Assembly: GCA_002189035.1 (NCBI GenBank)
Contig: NEEC01000029.1
Location: 310,001 to 374,000 of the forward strand
DNA from: Utricularia gibba
Taxonomy: Eukaryota; Plantae; Magnoliophyta
DNA: 64,000 nt
Direction: 5' to 3'
Under the pieces are notes generated by a model. It did no database searches. It was given only the letters and a program-made list of their open reading frames with translations, and was not told where the DNA came from. Below are positions 36,496-50,884 of the stretch, piece after piece. Position numbers and translations under genes: made by a program. Every line of letters begins with the position of its first letter. The first letter of the stretch is position 1.

Positions 36496-38055
36496 ATGTC
36501 GGTACGCACTTTTTACAGGCGTCATTTTGTGCTGCTTCGGGTTGATGGATGCAAATCATGCGCTGTTGAAGGGTGATCGATCACTCGGTTTACATTCGTT
36601 TTCTTTTCTTCTTCTGTTCGATTCCATTTATCTTTGTTCTCATGCCTCGTTGATGGGTTGATTCCTCGGCAACGTTTTCCATGTTTTGAATCAGACGCCG
36701 GCATTTATGTTTCAGATTGTTTTTCCGATTTATTTTCTGTCGATGAACATGGATAATGGGATTATCGTGTATCATATGCATTTGGTTGGTTGCCATGCAG
36801 ATGCAGATCAGAGGCATATGCGAAAATCTCTTATTTTTGTTGGCTTTATAGAGATTTTGAAGGCCAATTATCTAGGAATCGAAATGGTTTCTTCACTTGC
36901 GTACTTCCTGGTTTTCAATGCAGACCAGGACTGTGAAGGTGAGCAACTTGTCATTAGGTGCCTCCGTACTGGACATTGTGGAGTTCTTTTCTTTCTCTGG
37001 GGTAATTGACCATGTGGACATGAAAAGGTTTGCATTCCCCGAGTGTTTATCTCTCCCGAAACAAGCTGGTTTGCTTCATGTTAAACATCCTCTTTTGTTA
37101 TCTTAATTGTAGTGAGAATGAACGATCTCAAACGGCGTTTGTCACTTTCAAAGATTCTCAGGGGGCTGAGACGGCAGTCCTTTTATCGGTGCGCTTTTTG
37201 AACCCTCGATTCTGTCTTCCTTGCTCTCATGCTAATGCTTGTGACACAAAGCGAAACGGCGCAGCCGATAATTGTAGAAGAAATCAGATTTGTCTTCGGT
37301 ACCCAAAGCTCCAATCTCTGTATAGTTGTGATGGGAAATTTACAAGGAATTCGGTATCTTCTTGTGTTTTCTCAGGGAGCCACTATAGTTGACCAACCAG
37401 TTACCATTGAGCTCGATCCAAGTTATGTAGTGCCACCTTCAGCATCAGCCACATCATCGGTACAACCCAAAAATTTCAATCCATGTTCTATAAATGTCTT
37501 GAGATGCCTTCGTTTTGGTAGGAATCTAAAAGTGGTGGTGCCACATCTGCTATCCAAAAAGCTGAAGATATGGTAAGTGGCATGTTAGCCAAGGGTTATG
37601 TCTTGGGAAAGGATGCTCTGACCAAGGCCAAAGAGTTCGATGAGAAACACCAGCTGATCTCCACTGCCACGGCCAAAGTGGCATCCTTGGACCGAAAGAT
37701 GGGACTGAGTGTGAAAGTCAGTATGGGAGCAACCATTGTCAACGACAAGGTGAAGGAAGTAGACCAGAGATACCAGGTTTCCGAAAAGACCAAGTCGGCT
37801 TTCTCAATGGCCGAGCAGTCGGTTGCATCGGCAGGATCAGCCATCATGAAGAACCGCTATATTCTGATTGCTGCTGCTTGGGTTACCGGTGCCTTCAACA
37901 GGGTCACCAAGGCTGTGGCTGAAGCTGGACAGAAAGCAGCGCAGAAGGCGTCCGAGGAGGAGGGCCATGGAGGAAATGCGTCTCCTCTTCATGCCTTGGG
38001 CACTGCTACAGATGATAAGAAGTCTCCCACCTCCCCAAAAGGCCTGGTTCTATAA
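36496..38055 (+). CDS. RRM protein, binding partner of ACD11 (BPA1-like)
   Basis: MS|TRTVKVSNLSLGAS..EFFSFSG; AFVTFKDSQGAETAVLLS|GATIVD; KAEDMVSGMLAKGYVLGKDALTKAKEFDEKHQL; RYQVSEKTKSA. Confidence 0.9.
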
Positions 38056-38334
38056 TTTTCAATTCCTGCATATGCGTGTGAATAAGTCATGAATTACATT
38101 CTTTTAAGTAAGTACCTATTCGTACACCAGACTGCACTGGAATGAAGTTTACTCAACATTTCAACAGAAAAGAGAACCCAGAAATGGGTAGAAGTTCTCT
38201 AAGAACAAAAAAAGGATACAATGAACCGGTTCTGTAAGTACGGATGTGGCTGGGACAAAATTAGAGAGATAAAACAGGCTTTCGGTCTTGTGCTACACCA
38301 CATCCATGCCAGAGAATGTCTTTTTGCAACGAAA

Positions 38335-38922
38335 CTACTCCATCATGGCATCACTTGATGCCTCTCCACTAGGAGGTTTCTTATTTTTCTTCTTCTTCTT
38401 ATCTGTAGATCATGGGAATTCAAGCATTATTGCAGGAGCCCGTGAACATAGGCCAAAAACACATAACGCTCAACAACAAAGGTGAAAACTTGGCTCACCG
38501 CTTTTCCTCAATCTGAGTTTTGCACTCTTCTTCATTGAGAACTTGGTGGGGCGCTTGTGGGATTCTGTAAAAATTGAAGTCAATCTTTCCGCGATCCCTA
38601 AAAAAAGTTAAAGCCGGACTCACCATCAGTATCTGCCATTTCCACGTCTTCCATCGATATTAGGCCTTTTTCCACAGCCTCCTTTTGATCCTGATGACAG
38701 TTTATTATGAGCCGAAGAGACTGTAACTTGAACAGGGAGAGAGGGGCAGAGAACACGCACCCGACGCCATTTTCTCATAAGCTTCTGCTTCCGCTTGCCG
38801 GAGACGGACTGAGGCTGTTGCTTCTGATGCAATTTTTTCGTAACAGGATTACCATGAATCAGACGCTTCTGTTCAGCAATGGCTGCTCGCCGGCGCTTCT
38901 GTACGACGTTGAATTTCGCCAT
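38335..38922 (-). CDS. Small basic conserved uncharacterized protein, 4 exons
   Basis: MAKFNVVQKRRRAAIAEQKRLIHGNPVTKKL..SVSGKRKQKLMRKWRR|DQKEAVEKGLISMEDVEMAD..KKKKKNKKPP..DAMME*. All GT-AG borders keep frame. Confidence 0.82.
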
Positions 38923-39389
38923 CTCCGATGTCCAAAAACCCCTACGAAAACTGAATTGAATCGCTGCTTTACCTTGGGGTCGCGTTAATGGGTCAAAACC
39001 CACGAAGCCCATGGGCCAGTACCCGTGAAGTCGATTCTCTCTCTATTCGAGGATTCCAGGCCACAAAGATGTTGGGGGCATGCAACGAGCCCACCATCAG
39101 AACTCCACGATATCGCCGCCTGCATGGCGGTGGCTGCCGGCCTGATGGCATTCCGTTTACTTAAAAAATAAAAAATTGACAGAAACAAGAGAGAGGGGAA
39201 TCCTGTATACTGAACTGAACCACCCCCTACCCTTCCATTCACATTCAGCTCAGCTCAGCATCACGTGCCAAGCATTTACAGCATCTTCAAATACATGGAA
39301 ATTGCATTAACATCAAAATTAACAGAGCCGTAGGATCATCTGCTCGGTCGTGGTACAACCCTTGAGATATCCATCATCCGGTCCCCATA

Positions 39390-40827
39390 TCAAGAAGGGA
39401 GCTTGAGGCTCTCGTTGTTTTTCCAGCTGCATGGATATCAGCAAGAAAGGCTTGGGCCAATGGTACTTCAGCAGATGTATCTAATCGAATAAGAGAAGTG
39501 GAAGCATTACCTCTTTATGTAGTAGTAGAAGAAATCGAGATAAAGTGCAGTCTGAACCAAGCCTGAAGTCCAAGCTGCAATTTTTACATGGTGAAATTTG
39601 ATCAGAATAGGGGATTCGTAAATAGTAAACTGATGAGAATGGCTAAGATTGCTTACGAATCCATCGTATCTTGTGTATCTCCGTAAAGAATCTATAGATC
39701 CAGTTAAGGAGGTAGAGTGCACGGTAAGCACTGCAGGAGGAGACCAAAAGAACCAGTTAACTGAAGGCTGAAGTTTGAAGCTATTAAACTTTCTTGAATA
39801 GCCATACAGTTCAGTTAAGAAGCAAAAGCGGAAGCTTCCCTTAAAATGTGTCACATACCCAAGAAGAAATACGTAGTGGCCGGTCAAGTTGTCGATGTTC
39901 TTAGTTCGCTGAAGTAGGATTAGCTGAGGCAAGATTGCAACAGCCTCAAGGTAAATGGAGAATGTCCAAAGAACCTGTAAAGGAAGCCAGCAACTGATTT
40001 CAAGTCACTTGTAATAAGGAATGACTACATGAATAGGAAAACTTGTTACCTCAAACACGGTGAAGTTGTGATGGATCAAAAGGGCCAGCAGCGCACAAGG
40101 AAGAACCAGAAAATAATGTTTCAATGTATCCTGGTCTTTGTGATAGGTTTGCTTCACAACTTTGTGAAATCTCATGTACCATACAATACACAGTGAAGTT
40201 CCAATGAAAACTAGCTTCATCACAGTATTGTATAAGGAATAGTACTTTATAAACATATCTAGGTATCGAGCAAGAAAAACGGCCGCATATAGCTCTTGAG
40301 TCTTCAACGAAATTCCTGCACAAAACAAACAATATGGGAGAATATAGTCAAATGCAGGATAGCAATTGATGGAATATACATACAACACAAGACTAATACT
40401 TTTCCAAAAGGGTTAATCATGTTCACTCCCATATGGAATTTACCATGAATGGGAGGGTTTGTTGGATGATCAACATAGCATTTCTATCAGAACGGAGTGC
40501 ACAAAGGCAAAAAGAGAAGCTGTGCATAAAACAATCCTCAATTTCTGAGGGAACAATACGCGGATCTAATAAAATACCAGTGCAGTGTACTCACAAACCT
40601 GAGAATTATCATCTATCTCAAACCAAGTGAAAACATAGATATGAAATCTAATGTTCTAGAATGCGATTCGGTCCAGAAATAGGCAAAAAATCAACAGAAA
40701 CAATGGGACAAGGCACAAACAAGTACCCGCTCAAACCTGCGCAAGATTTCGTAGTTCGTATCTTGAGGAGAAGAAAAACGACGCTGAGGAGGTGGGTCAT
40801 GTCGCCGGCGAGTCGAAAGACGTTCAT
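39390..40827 (-). CDS. ERD2: ER lumen protein-retaining (KDEL/HDEL) receptor
   Basis: MNVFRLAGDMTHLLS..KSCAGISLKTQELYAAVFLARYLD; SIYLEAVAILPQL; AYRALYLLNWIYR; GLVQTALYLDFFYYY; LKLPS*. Confidence 0.96.
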
Positions 40828-41301
40828 GGCTGCTGGATTTCAGAGTCCTAGGCGGACGCTGCTCGGTGCGATTCCGTGGGACAGGAAATTTCAACGGTAG
40901 CTTTATTCAAGCGAGCATCGGACGCACACGCGCCACCGAAGTCGAGTAAGCCGTTGACCACATTTATTAAGAATAATTGCGTCAACTAAGTCAGGATAAA
41001 CTACACGTGTTTTTCTTTGGTTATTTCAGCAAATAAAAGGGAGTTTAAATAAATGATAATAATCGCTTTTTGAACACAAGTCGTCCGTGAAGGGATGGAT
41101 TGATTGCTCACCCGTTTCCCAGTTTTTTGAAACAAAAAAAAAGAAGAAAAATCAACGAATTCGTATGAACAGGTGTAAATGTAGTAGTATACGTTACCTA
41201 TTTTGCCTGCCAATCAAGAAACAGTTGTGTCCCTCATACAGCAACACAGCCTCGAGCCAACAATGGGAGAAGCTTCAAGCGAGTGAGGTGTGGCCTTGCA
41301 A

Positions 41302-44004
41302 TCAGGGATGCCGGCCCAGGAGCTCTTCGTGAAGCCTGGTGAATACCAAGTTGACAGGTATGCAAGCAACAACGGTAGCACCTACAGCTTTCATCAGCCG
41401 GTTGTCATCTTCAAAAATCGCAGGGCTGCTTTTTGAATCCACTTGATGGTGCTCCTCACCTTCTGCTGTAATGGCTGACAGGGATCTTATCTTCAGATTG
41501 GAAGATGGGCTAACTTTGGATGAGCTTCTGGAATGTCTTTTATCTGTGGCAGATTGTAAATAGCTCTTGGAGGAGATGCGGTGAGTACCAGCATGATCTG
41601 ATGGAAAAGGAGATTGAGGAGCACCCTGCTTGATCGACCGAGGTTTCAATTTGGCATCTCCCTCCAGCCCTACTAACAGAAAAGGGCGTGGAACACGAAA
41701 GTTTGCCGTTCTGCGCCCGGTCCTCCAGACAGAAGCAAGTGCAGGACTTTCTAGCTGTTCAGGAGAGGGGCAATGGATTGAAAGAATGTTGGCGGTTGAA
41801 CCACTTTCAAGAGTTTCAACTTGGAGAGGATGGCCAATTATAGCATGCCCATTTAGCTTACTTGTCAATGAAACAATAGGAGCATTCCTTCGGTAGTTGT
41901 TGCGGTTTACTTGCACCTCCACATCCACAAGCATGACCCTACCATCAGCAGGGTGTTTACCAAGAAAAAAGGGATTCACATACTCCTGACAGTCCTTCCA
42001 ATAACCCCTTTTTGCAGATTCAGAGTACCGGGGGGAGGATCCTAAATCAGCGATATCAAGGGAATTGAACAACTTTTTTGATGAACTCCTCCCACTGGAA
42101 CTCCCAACTTGAGCACACCATCTAGAACTTTCCGAATCAAAACTGTACAGTACTCTTTTACTCAAATTATGGGATTCCTTTTTTCCATTCAAATTCGATT
42201 TCAAAACTTCTGAACCTGATGCTGCCGGATCCCATTGGAAAGGGTGGTACAGTCTACTAGAATGTGCTGGCCCGTCAATATCATCACTACTGCTAATGCT
42301 TCCATGGTCATCAAGCCCCTCGATTCTTTTAGGGTACTTAGGATGCAACTTTACAGAAGCAGATCCGTCTGCAAATTCAAAAGCAATAGCTTCAACATCC
42401 AAACAGAGAAGCATAACGTTTTCCTTGATAAATATATCAATATTCTACTTCAGATTCCCATCTCATTAGCTGAATGATTACGCATAAGATCAGAGATTTC
42501 AAATATAAGAAAGAAACATTAAGGTGCTAGAAGGAAGAATAAACAAGTATTGAAAGGAAATTCTGATAGATCTAACCCGAAAGAGCAGCAAGATCCCCAT
42601 GTGGATCTGATTCCGAAGAGTCTGTCTCAGAACAATCTGTTTCAGTATCCTCTGCTGAGCCAGATGCTTGGTCTTGATCGAGATCATCAGGATAGTTGCT
42701 GTCTTCTTTCAAAACTTGGATCTCCATTGGAGAAGACAACATCTGGTGAACATTTTCATATTCTGGAGTGTAATAGTGCAAATGTGAATATTTTCTCTTC
42801 TTAGCATGGGGTGCAACTCCGGAAAGCTGCTCAGCTGATTCACATTAAATAGAAGCATAAAGATGGGTCAAGGTATATTATCCAAACACTAATCAAAACA
42901 TAAGGAAGCAATGGCCTACCCGTTGATGGGGCAGTATGAAGACCAAATTCCTTCAACCCTCTCATCCGGGGAAGCATATCTGCACTATCATCTACACTTA
43001 CTTGTTTTACATCCCTTGATTTCGCTCCACAAAGGTGCATGTTTGTTTCATTTTTCTCAAAAAGAGATGAGGCCACTGTCTCACATGGAGCATCAAATAT
43101 ATTGTGGCTCTTCTCTCCAACTCCATTCCCCATATAAACAGAAGAACTATCAGCATCTTTGGACACTTTGATCCTAGCTGGAGATGACTTCTCCAAATTC
43201 CCAGGGCTTTTCTCAATTAATTGTCTCTCTAATTCAAGTGCATGCATGATTGCATCCTCCCGGCGCGCATATTTTTCTCTTTTCTTAGGAGGCATACCAA
43301 TGGCCGCCTCAGCTCTTCCTATACAGTCATCAAATTCACCACATCGAAATGCCTTCACACGTTTTGACTTTTCCAGATTGTACCAATCCCTGATGATACA
43401 AAGAGCCGGGTGTTTCATGAACAATAAAATCATGTTATGGCAGGTAAGCATGATTCATGCCAGTGCTGCAATTCAGGTATGTTAAGTTGGAAAGTCCATG
43501 TATCACGAGGAAAAGCTGACCTGGTTTCACCCGTTCAAAGCCCCTTCCACACACACACATACACAAAAAGATTCTCATTTTTCAGCGCATTCCAAGAATC
43601 CAGCAGGTTTGCTACATTTTATGAAGTTTAGATGTTTATCATGTGCAACTCTTCCAAGAGTTAAAGGAAAGCTGAACCACAAGTCATGCAGTTCTGAATT
43701 GAATCATATGCAATGGACAAAAAATACAATCAATGGCATAAAGGTCAGTTACCTTGAACACAAAGATTGCAACATCAATAACTTCAAGATATGACATTGA
43801 AAAATCATGGACTTACACGCTTGCATCTTCCCTCCCAAGAAGCTTGACTGGAGTGCCAGACCGCGGCGATGTCGCATACGAAGCAGAAAGCTCCTCCGGG
43901 CCTACAATCTTTCCAGGCCACCAAGACCCATTTCGCCTTCTAACCCATACTATACTCCCCACACTACAATCCAACACTCCAACTCCAGTATCTGAGCTAC
44001 CCAT
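41302..44004 (-). CDS. PWWP/Tudor domain protein
   Basis: VGSIVWVRRRNGSWWPGKI..PRSGTPVKLLGREDASV|DWYNLEKSKRVKAFRCGEFDDCI; KYARREDAIMHALELE; LVSLTSKLNGHAIIGHP; VACIPVNLVFTRLHE. Confidence 0.9.
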
Positions 44005-44758
44005 ACTTCCTACCCTCTCAACACAGAAAGTGAATCAAACTTGATTATAGATCTCGAGTATCACCACAAAAAATGAAACCTATTTCGATACCCAAACATC
44101 CATGGTTATTTTCTTTTCTGTTCAAAGGCATGCGTCCCTCTCGTGACTGGGTTACGATCGCACTCGACAAGCTGCGGGATCTGATACCATCGAGGAACGC
44201 CAAAATGCACCATCCGTCTGGAAGGAATCGCGACATGCGGCAGCCCCTGGAAGTCGCCCGACTCAGCATTCAGAGGATGTCACCAGATAACTTGATGGAT
44301 TGTGATACAGTGGGATCAGGGCCAGAGCGCAACCAGATCAGCGGAATTTCAGCATTTGGGAGTGCATCCATCCCATCACAGTCATCCACTGCACCTGGCC
44401 CGGCGCCGTTACGATCGAAGCCCGAAGCAGAAAAGAAATTCTCTTTTCTATTAAAATTTCATTTTTTTTAAAGAAAGAAATTATATTTCTTCTTTTCTTT
44501 TCTGATTGGTACTACTTGTTGTGTCTGCAACGAATAAATTCTACCTGCATTGCATGCACTGCTTCAGTTCTAACAGCAGGAAGGGAACGTGATGGAGATT
44601 GGCGTTGAAATTCCAACTTATTAGGAACGAAAGGGACTTAAACCTTATCTATCTTGTTCTATTACAGATATTTTCTTGATTCTGCAGACCAAATGCAACG
44701 AACCGTTTCTTTCAAATGGTCCTCACCATGCTCCATTTTCCATCTTACGCTCGAGATC

Positions 44759-46938
44759 ATGGCTGAAACCTTCCCTTCTTCTCACTGGCAGAGCTTTGGG
44801 GAAGCACAGAAAGAGAGACTGCTTTTGAGGAACTTGACTGGTGATTTTGTTGGTTCCAACGAGGGTCCTTTTGGTCAGGCTGGGGGCAAGCTTCATCGGT
44901 GCTGGCATAGTGTCAAGGATGCTGCTGTTGCCGCTTACGAAGCCGGAAGATCGGATCCGAAGAAAGTGATCTTTGGTGCTAAAGTTGGCTTTGCTTTGTC
45001 TCTTGTGTCTCTGCTCATTTTTCTCAAACTCCCCTTCAGTTTTGGGAAACATGCTATCTGGTCCGTTGTCACCGTCATCGTGGTGTTCGAGTTTAGCATC
45101 GGTGAGTTCCCACTTTTTTTACATCAGTCTGCGATCAGGATAATGGCGGAGATGGGACTTGGGGCATGTAGCATATTGATGCTCCTTTGGTGCTTTTCTT
45201 TTTTGTTGGAGTGTTTCATGAAAGAGAGGGAGTGGATGATGCAGGGGCAACACTAAGCAAAGGACTTAATCGAGCAGTGGGAACATTATCAGCAGGGGCA
45301 CTAGCTCTTGGGATTGTGGGATTGTCTTCATTAGCTGGAGAACTACAACAAGTGGTCATTATATCCGGCGTCTTTGTTACTGGTTAGAGTTTTTCACTTT
45401 ACCCTTTTGAGTTTGGAGTTGCAAATCCAACTAACTCGTCCTTTCTTCTCTCAGGATTTCTAGCTAGTTATTTGAAGATGCAGGAAGCCATGAAGCAGTA
45501 TGAGTATGGCTTCCGAGTGTTCTTGATGACCTTCTCGATTGTAGTCGGCTCTGGAGGCTCAGACTTCATTCAAACTGCAGTTTCGAGGCTTGCACTAATT
45601 GCTGTTGGGGCTGCAATTTGTTTTCTTGTAAATGTATGTATCTTCCCAATTTGGTCTGGGGAAGATCTGCATAAACTTGTAGTGGAGAACTTGAGAGGCG
45701 TGGCCTCTTCTTTGGAAGGTGAGAGTCCTTTCTTTGACATGCAGACACTACTTCCACTAGCAGACAGAACTAATGGTACTTGGTCTCATATCGCATAGAG
45801 TGTATCAACATGTACCTGGAATGCATTGAATACAGCAGGATTCCCTCAAAAATCTTGCTGTACCAAGCATTTGATGATCCACTCTACAAGGGATACAGAG
45901 CTGCTGTGCAGTCCTCCAGCCAAGAGGAGTCACTTGTATGATTTTCCTTACTGTTCAAATAGGTGAACTGCCCCAAATCACCTACCTGAAAGTATGCCAT
46001 TTTTCAGCTGAGTTTTGCTGTTTGGGAGCCCCCTCATGGTCGTTACAACATGCGGTGGTATCCTTGGAGTGAATACGTCAAAGTTAGTGGTGCTCTCAGG
46101 CATTGTGCTTTCATGGTGATGGCGATGCACGGTTGCATACTTTCTGAAATTCAGGTAATCACCACACACTAATCCACTGGCCAAAACTTCGTTGAAGCGA
46201 TGTTTTTCAGACATAAAACGATGCAGTGTGTTGCTGGTTGTTTGATCCTCGCTCTTGCAGGCTCCACCAGAGTTGAGGCACACCTTCAAGAATGGTATTC
46301 GGGGAGTTGGGACAGAAAGCTGCAAGGTTTTAAGACTGCTTGGTGAAAAGTTGGAAAAAATGGAAAAACTATCCCCAGGAGATCCGCTCCAGCAGGTTCA
46401 TGATTCCGCAGAAGACTTGCAGGTGATGATTGACAAAAAATCATATCTTCTGGTGAATGCAGAGAGTTGGGAGACCGGAAAAAGACCAGAGAAATTCGCA
46501 GATGCTGAAGTCCTTCAGGAAATGAAAGATGGTGAAAAGAGGCCATTTGTAACCAGCTCCTTCAGAGCATCAGCAGCTACCCTTAGATCAACTCTGAGTT
46601 TACAGAACTACACTTCCAGTTTTGCTTCTTCACAGATGGGATCCAGAGACGACATGCTCAGCCGCCAGGCGAACTGGCCATCACGCTTGTCACTCCTAGG
46701 TGATACAATTCTTAACGAGCGTGAAGCGCGTACCTATGAAAGTGCAGCTGCACTGTCTCTTGCAACTTTTACTTCTTTGTTGATTGAGTTTGTGGCCAGG
46801 CTTCAGAATCTGGTTGACTCCTATGAAGAGCTGAGTGAGAAAGCTAAGTTCAGGGAATTCGCGCACTCAAATGAAACTAAGAAATTTTCTAGATTCAGGG
46901 GCATGCTTCTCAAATGCTTGTGCTGCAGCAAGGGATGA
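44759..46938 (+). CDS. ALMT: Aluminium-activated malate transporter family anion channel (ALMT9/4-like clade)
   Basis: [16 protein letters not shown]; [28 protein letters not shown]; [12 protein letters not shown]; PIWSGEDLH; WEPPHG; [17 protein letters not shown]. Confidence 0.94.
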
Positions 46939-47183
46939 TCTTGAATTGCCACTGTCGTATTTTCTATTCGTTTCTGATTACATGATGTATTACTACCTTT
47001 TTACAAAAACAAAGTAACCTGATAAGAGCAACAAACCCCACACTCAAGTAAATCCGGTGACAGGGCTACTAGTAGCCGATTAATCTTAACATTACTGGAT
47101 TCATGTTCTACAGAAAGACAATCACAATTCAATACGAACATAATTATGTACATAATGCTGCTAACATCAACCCACACAAAATG

Positions 47184-49106
47184 TCAGGACTTGGATTTAT
47201 CCTCACCTGGGAAACGAGGTGTTGCACTTTTAGAAAGTAGCATATCCTTCATTTCTTTGTAAACTTTTAGTTCTTCAAGTGCATCTGACGTTTTCCGAGG
47301 CTTAAAGAATTCAGAAGCATTTCCAATGTCATCTCCATCATGTTGGATGGTGAAGGAGTGGGAGTTGTAATAACTAGAATCTTGACAAAGAGGTGGAGCT
47401 GTTTTCAGCATGTGAACAAGAGCACCAACTGCTGCATCCTGTGACTTCTTTGTTATTAAGGATGCTCGAGAGGAAAATTCAGGGTTGTTTCCTCCAAAAC
47501 CACCAAAGCTGTTTTCAACAGAAAACATGATTAGATGCTGAGGAAAATACATACATTCATTTCCAATAATCATGTGGCACTGCCCATTACCATGTAAGGC
47601 TATCAGGAGGATCGACATCATCAACAATAAATGGGCAGGAGAAGTCACAGTCTCCCATGTCATCCTGGAAAGATACTCTGCTAGAGCTTCGAGAGAATGC
47701 AGCATGTGGTGAACTACTGGAAGAGGGTAAACTTGAAAACCTCCCAGAATCGTCTCTTGCATCAGGAAACTGCAAAGAAATATACTCAACGAAGTACAAG
47801 AGGTAAGCCAATCAAAAGTAACGGTAACTCAATAAAAAAATCTACCTTTTGACTAGCATGGATAGACCCTGAACTTGATTCTCCAGCTCTGAGCGAATCC
47901 AATCTCCGGATTGCTCTGATCCCTGATGGTGATTCGTTTGATGAGGAGTCAAATTTCGTGTATCTTGGAGATAAAGGTGGAAGAGAGTGCCTATTTGGAT
48001 CAGAAGCATTAGGTGAAAGGTATCTCGGACTTCTGGCCAACATGGAGTGGGGAATACTCACGGGAGCAGTTTCTGAGTTCAGACGAATATGGGAGAGTTT
48101 CCTCCTGAGAAGTATGCAGGAGGAGATGGAGAAGGTGACTGTGAGAACGGAGGTGAAAGAAAGTCATCAGACTCCCTTTTATGTTGATTCCTATATGAGT
48201 ATACTTCAGTAGAGGACGGGGAATGTTCATATGGCGAGTGAAATAATGGTGGAGATCCACTAAATGCCTGCCCCGCTGTAAAGAAACATCCTTATGGAGG
48301 CCGCCACTCCAGCTATGAGGCCTTTGGTGTGATGAAGCATGCTGCCTCCCTCTAAATGGTGATGATGTGGGATGACCCCGTGTCGATGAGCTGCAAGGGA
48401 ATGCCCTCATTGGGTCTGCTAGAGGGCTACCTACATAGTCCGTAATGATCTCAGGAGGGCAAGATACAGAAGAATCTAGCTTGAAATCCGAAAGATCTTC
48501 CCGATAAAGAACAGATACAGAAAGATGGCCTTGATGTGCGTTTACTGGCACGAAAGTGTATTTCTTCATTCCTTGTTCCTCTTTTCTTGTAAAAGGAGAG
48601 CTAAATGAACATACTTTGTAACTGATATCAAAATCACAAATTTTCTTCAATGAGTTAAGCCTACGAAATGCCTTGTACGCAGGCAGTAGCCTCAACATTG
48701 AAAAGACAGACCTTAGTAATACGATTGCCTTCTTGTATGTCCTCTTGTAAGACACATCTCCAGGCTGAAGACTCGATTTTTGACACTCATACTGAACCGC
48801 CCATCTCTCGATCACAGTCTCTGCACCTATTCCATTACGTGAACCGTAGTGGTCTGATGAAAGGCCTGGCGATCCTTTGGCAATAATGATATCAACAATC
48901 ATAGGCTCCATCAAACCTCTGTTCCAAATGCTTAAACTCTCCATGCCCACGGGTCGATCCCCCAATACCAGGTTAAACCATTTGTCACTGTTTTTCAGAG
49001 TTCCGGACCTGGCCGATGGTCTGTCAGTGGGAACTCTTGAATCCAGTATACTATGCAAGCTTTTAAGCAGAAACTGATTAAGAATTTGCTCATTATGCAA
49101 ATCCAT
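47184..49106 (-). CDS. ATG13: Autophagy-related protein 13
   Basis: EQILNQFLLKSLHSILDSRVP; SDKWFNLVLG; VIERWAVQYE; YKKAIVLLRSVFSMLRLLPAYK; IITDYVGSPLADPMRAFP; DFSCPFIVDDVD; SQDAAVGALVHMLKTAPPL. Frameshifts at 48271-48274 and 48091-48093. Confidence 0.93.
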
Positions 49107-50884
49107 TTCTCCCAAGAACCAGGTATCCCCAAATTATTTGCCCCTGTAACCTATATCACATACTCCCAGGATACGTATGCCATATACACCGAGGAACAAA
49201 AACCTAACCAGATTCAAACAACGGCCTACTGCGGAAGAGCGAGAGCGAAGGAGCTCCTAATCGAAATCTGAAGCTCCCCAATAAATAAACACGGAAAACA
49301 AACCGGAGATGCAGCACAACCAAAACAACGAAATCCTGCAAACACAAGAACAGCTCCCGATTGGGAGTACTACCAGCAGAAGGACGCGTGAGACAGAGAT
49401 TCCATTTGATGGAGAGAGAAGGATTGCGTCCTTTGTGGTGGCAGTGACGGGGCGACAGAGGCCAGAGAGGGATACGGAATCCAATATTCCCTTTTACTTT
49501 ATATTTTCGCCTTTCTTGTAATACGCAACGAGCGATGGGATTGGGGACCGTGACGTTTCCCGCACGATACGATCAACTATTACTTGAATTCCGAAACAAA
49601 TTATTATTCTTCTTCAGTCAGAAAAGGATACAAAACAACAAACCCATTGGCCATTTGCATGGGTGGGGTGGGGTGGAAGGGCCCTTCCTTGTACACGGAG
49701 CCTAAAGAGTTCTTCCGGCGGGTCTGCTCCCGACGGCCGCAATTCGGTGTTGGAACAAGTTTCTCTTGTCATACATGGAAAGGCTTGACGGGATAACCTG
49801 CAAAATCCACGGATGGAAACTATATCACGAGTGCGATAACCTTGAAGAAACTTGCAACCAATGCAATTTTCTGGATCCCCGGAGCTAGGTGAACTCGGTG
49901 GCAGTGGCTTCAAGAAGCAACAGTAGTTGTCTCAAAACGGAACAGAACTAACAGCTTTTTCACACCCCACATCAGCATCTGTCAAGGTATTCGTTCTTTT
50001 CTGAAATGCACGGATTGGATTATGACCCAGAGAGACATCAGCAGTGATGTATCCGAGCTGTTCCACCCTGGTGATTGCTTTTTAACAAACGCAGCCACCG
50101 TACTTGAAGGCATGAAAAATCCGTCTTCTAGCAAAGTAATCAACAAGAAATCTTTAACTCTCCCAGTTTCAACAAAAGTTATTTTTCCTAGTGGGGGAAC
50201 CATGTTGTGCAGAATGGAAAGCGTGGTTTCCTGCAGTAAAATATATCAGTAATTTCCTCCAGTTCTTGGAGACCCCAAGCTATGAAATGGCATGCAGTGT
50301 CAACGCACATCACCAACGTATGCTTCTGATGGGTTTCTGCAACAAAAGAAGCAAACCATATTTTAGGGCAGAGAAAGAATCCAGAACAAGTTCTTATCAG
50401 CATACGAGGAAAAATAAAATAAAAATTGAACAAGTCTCCTGAAGGCTACATGTTTCATATCCTGCAAGATGAGATAGTTTAGCAAGCAAACCAACTGAAA
50501 ATAAAGTGGCATAACACAAGTCAGTCGACCTCTTCATCAACCTGAAACTAACTAAAATTTGGTCAGATATACAACGAGAAAACCACCCTGAAAAAGTTGA
50601 GAGAAAATGACGCATCCAAATAGTAACTGAATGATATCGGACAGCACAGTGTGGCACCATTGTTCAAGAAGTGATAGGCAACTGAATAATACTCATTCAC
50701 TAGAAGAGGCTACAGAATCATAAAGTTCACATAAGTTCCGATAGATAAACGCAAGATGCATCACAACATAAGGGAAAGTGCAACATAGGCACTAATAATG
50801 TCTTGAGCACTTTAGCTACCCTAGAACAGACATGGCTGACGGGAAAAAGGACAGAGATGGATGCCCATTTCGAGCTGATGAGAC

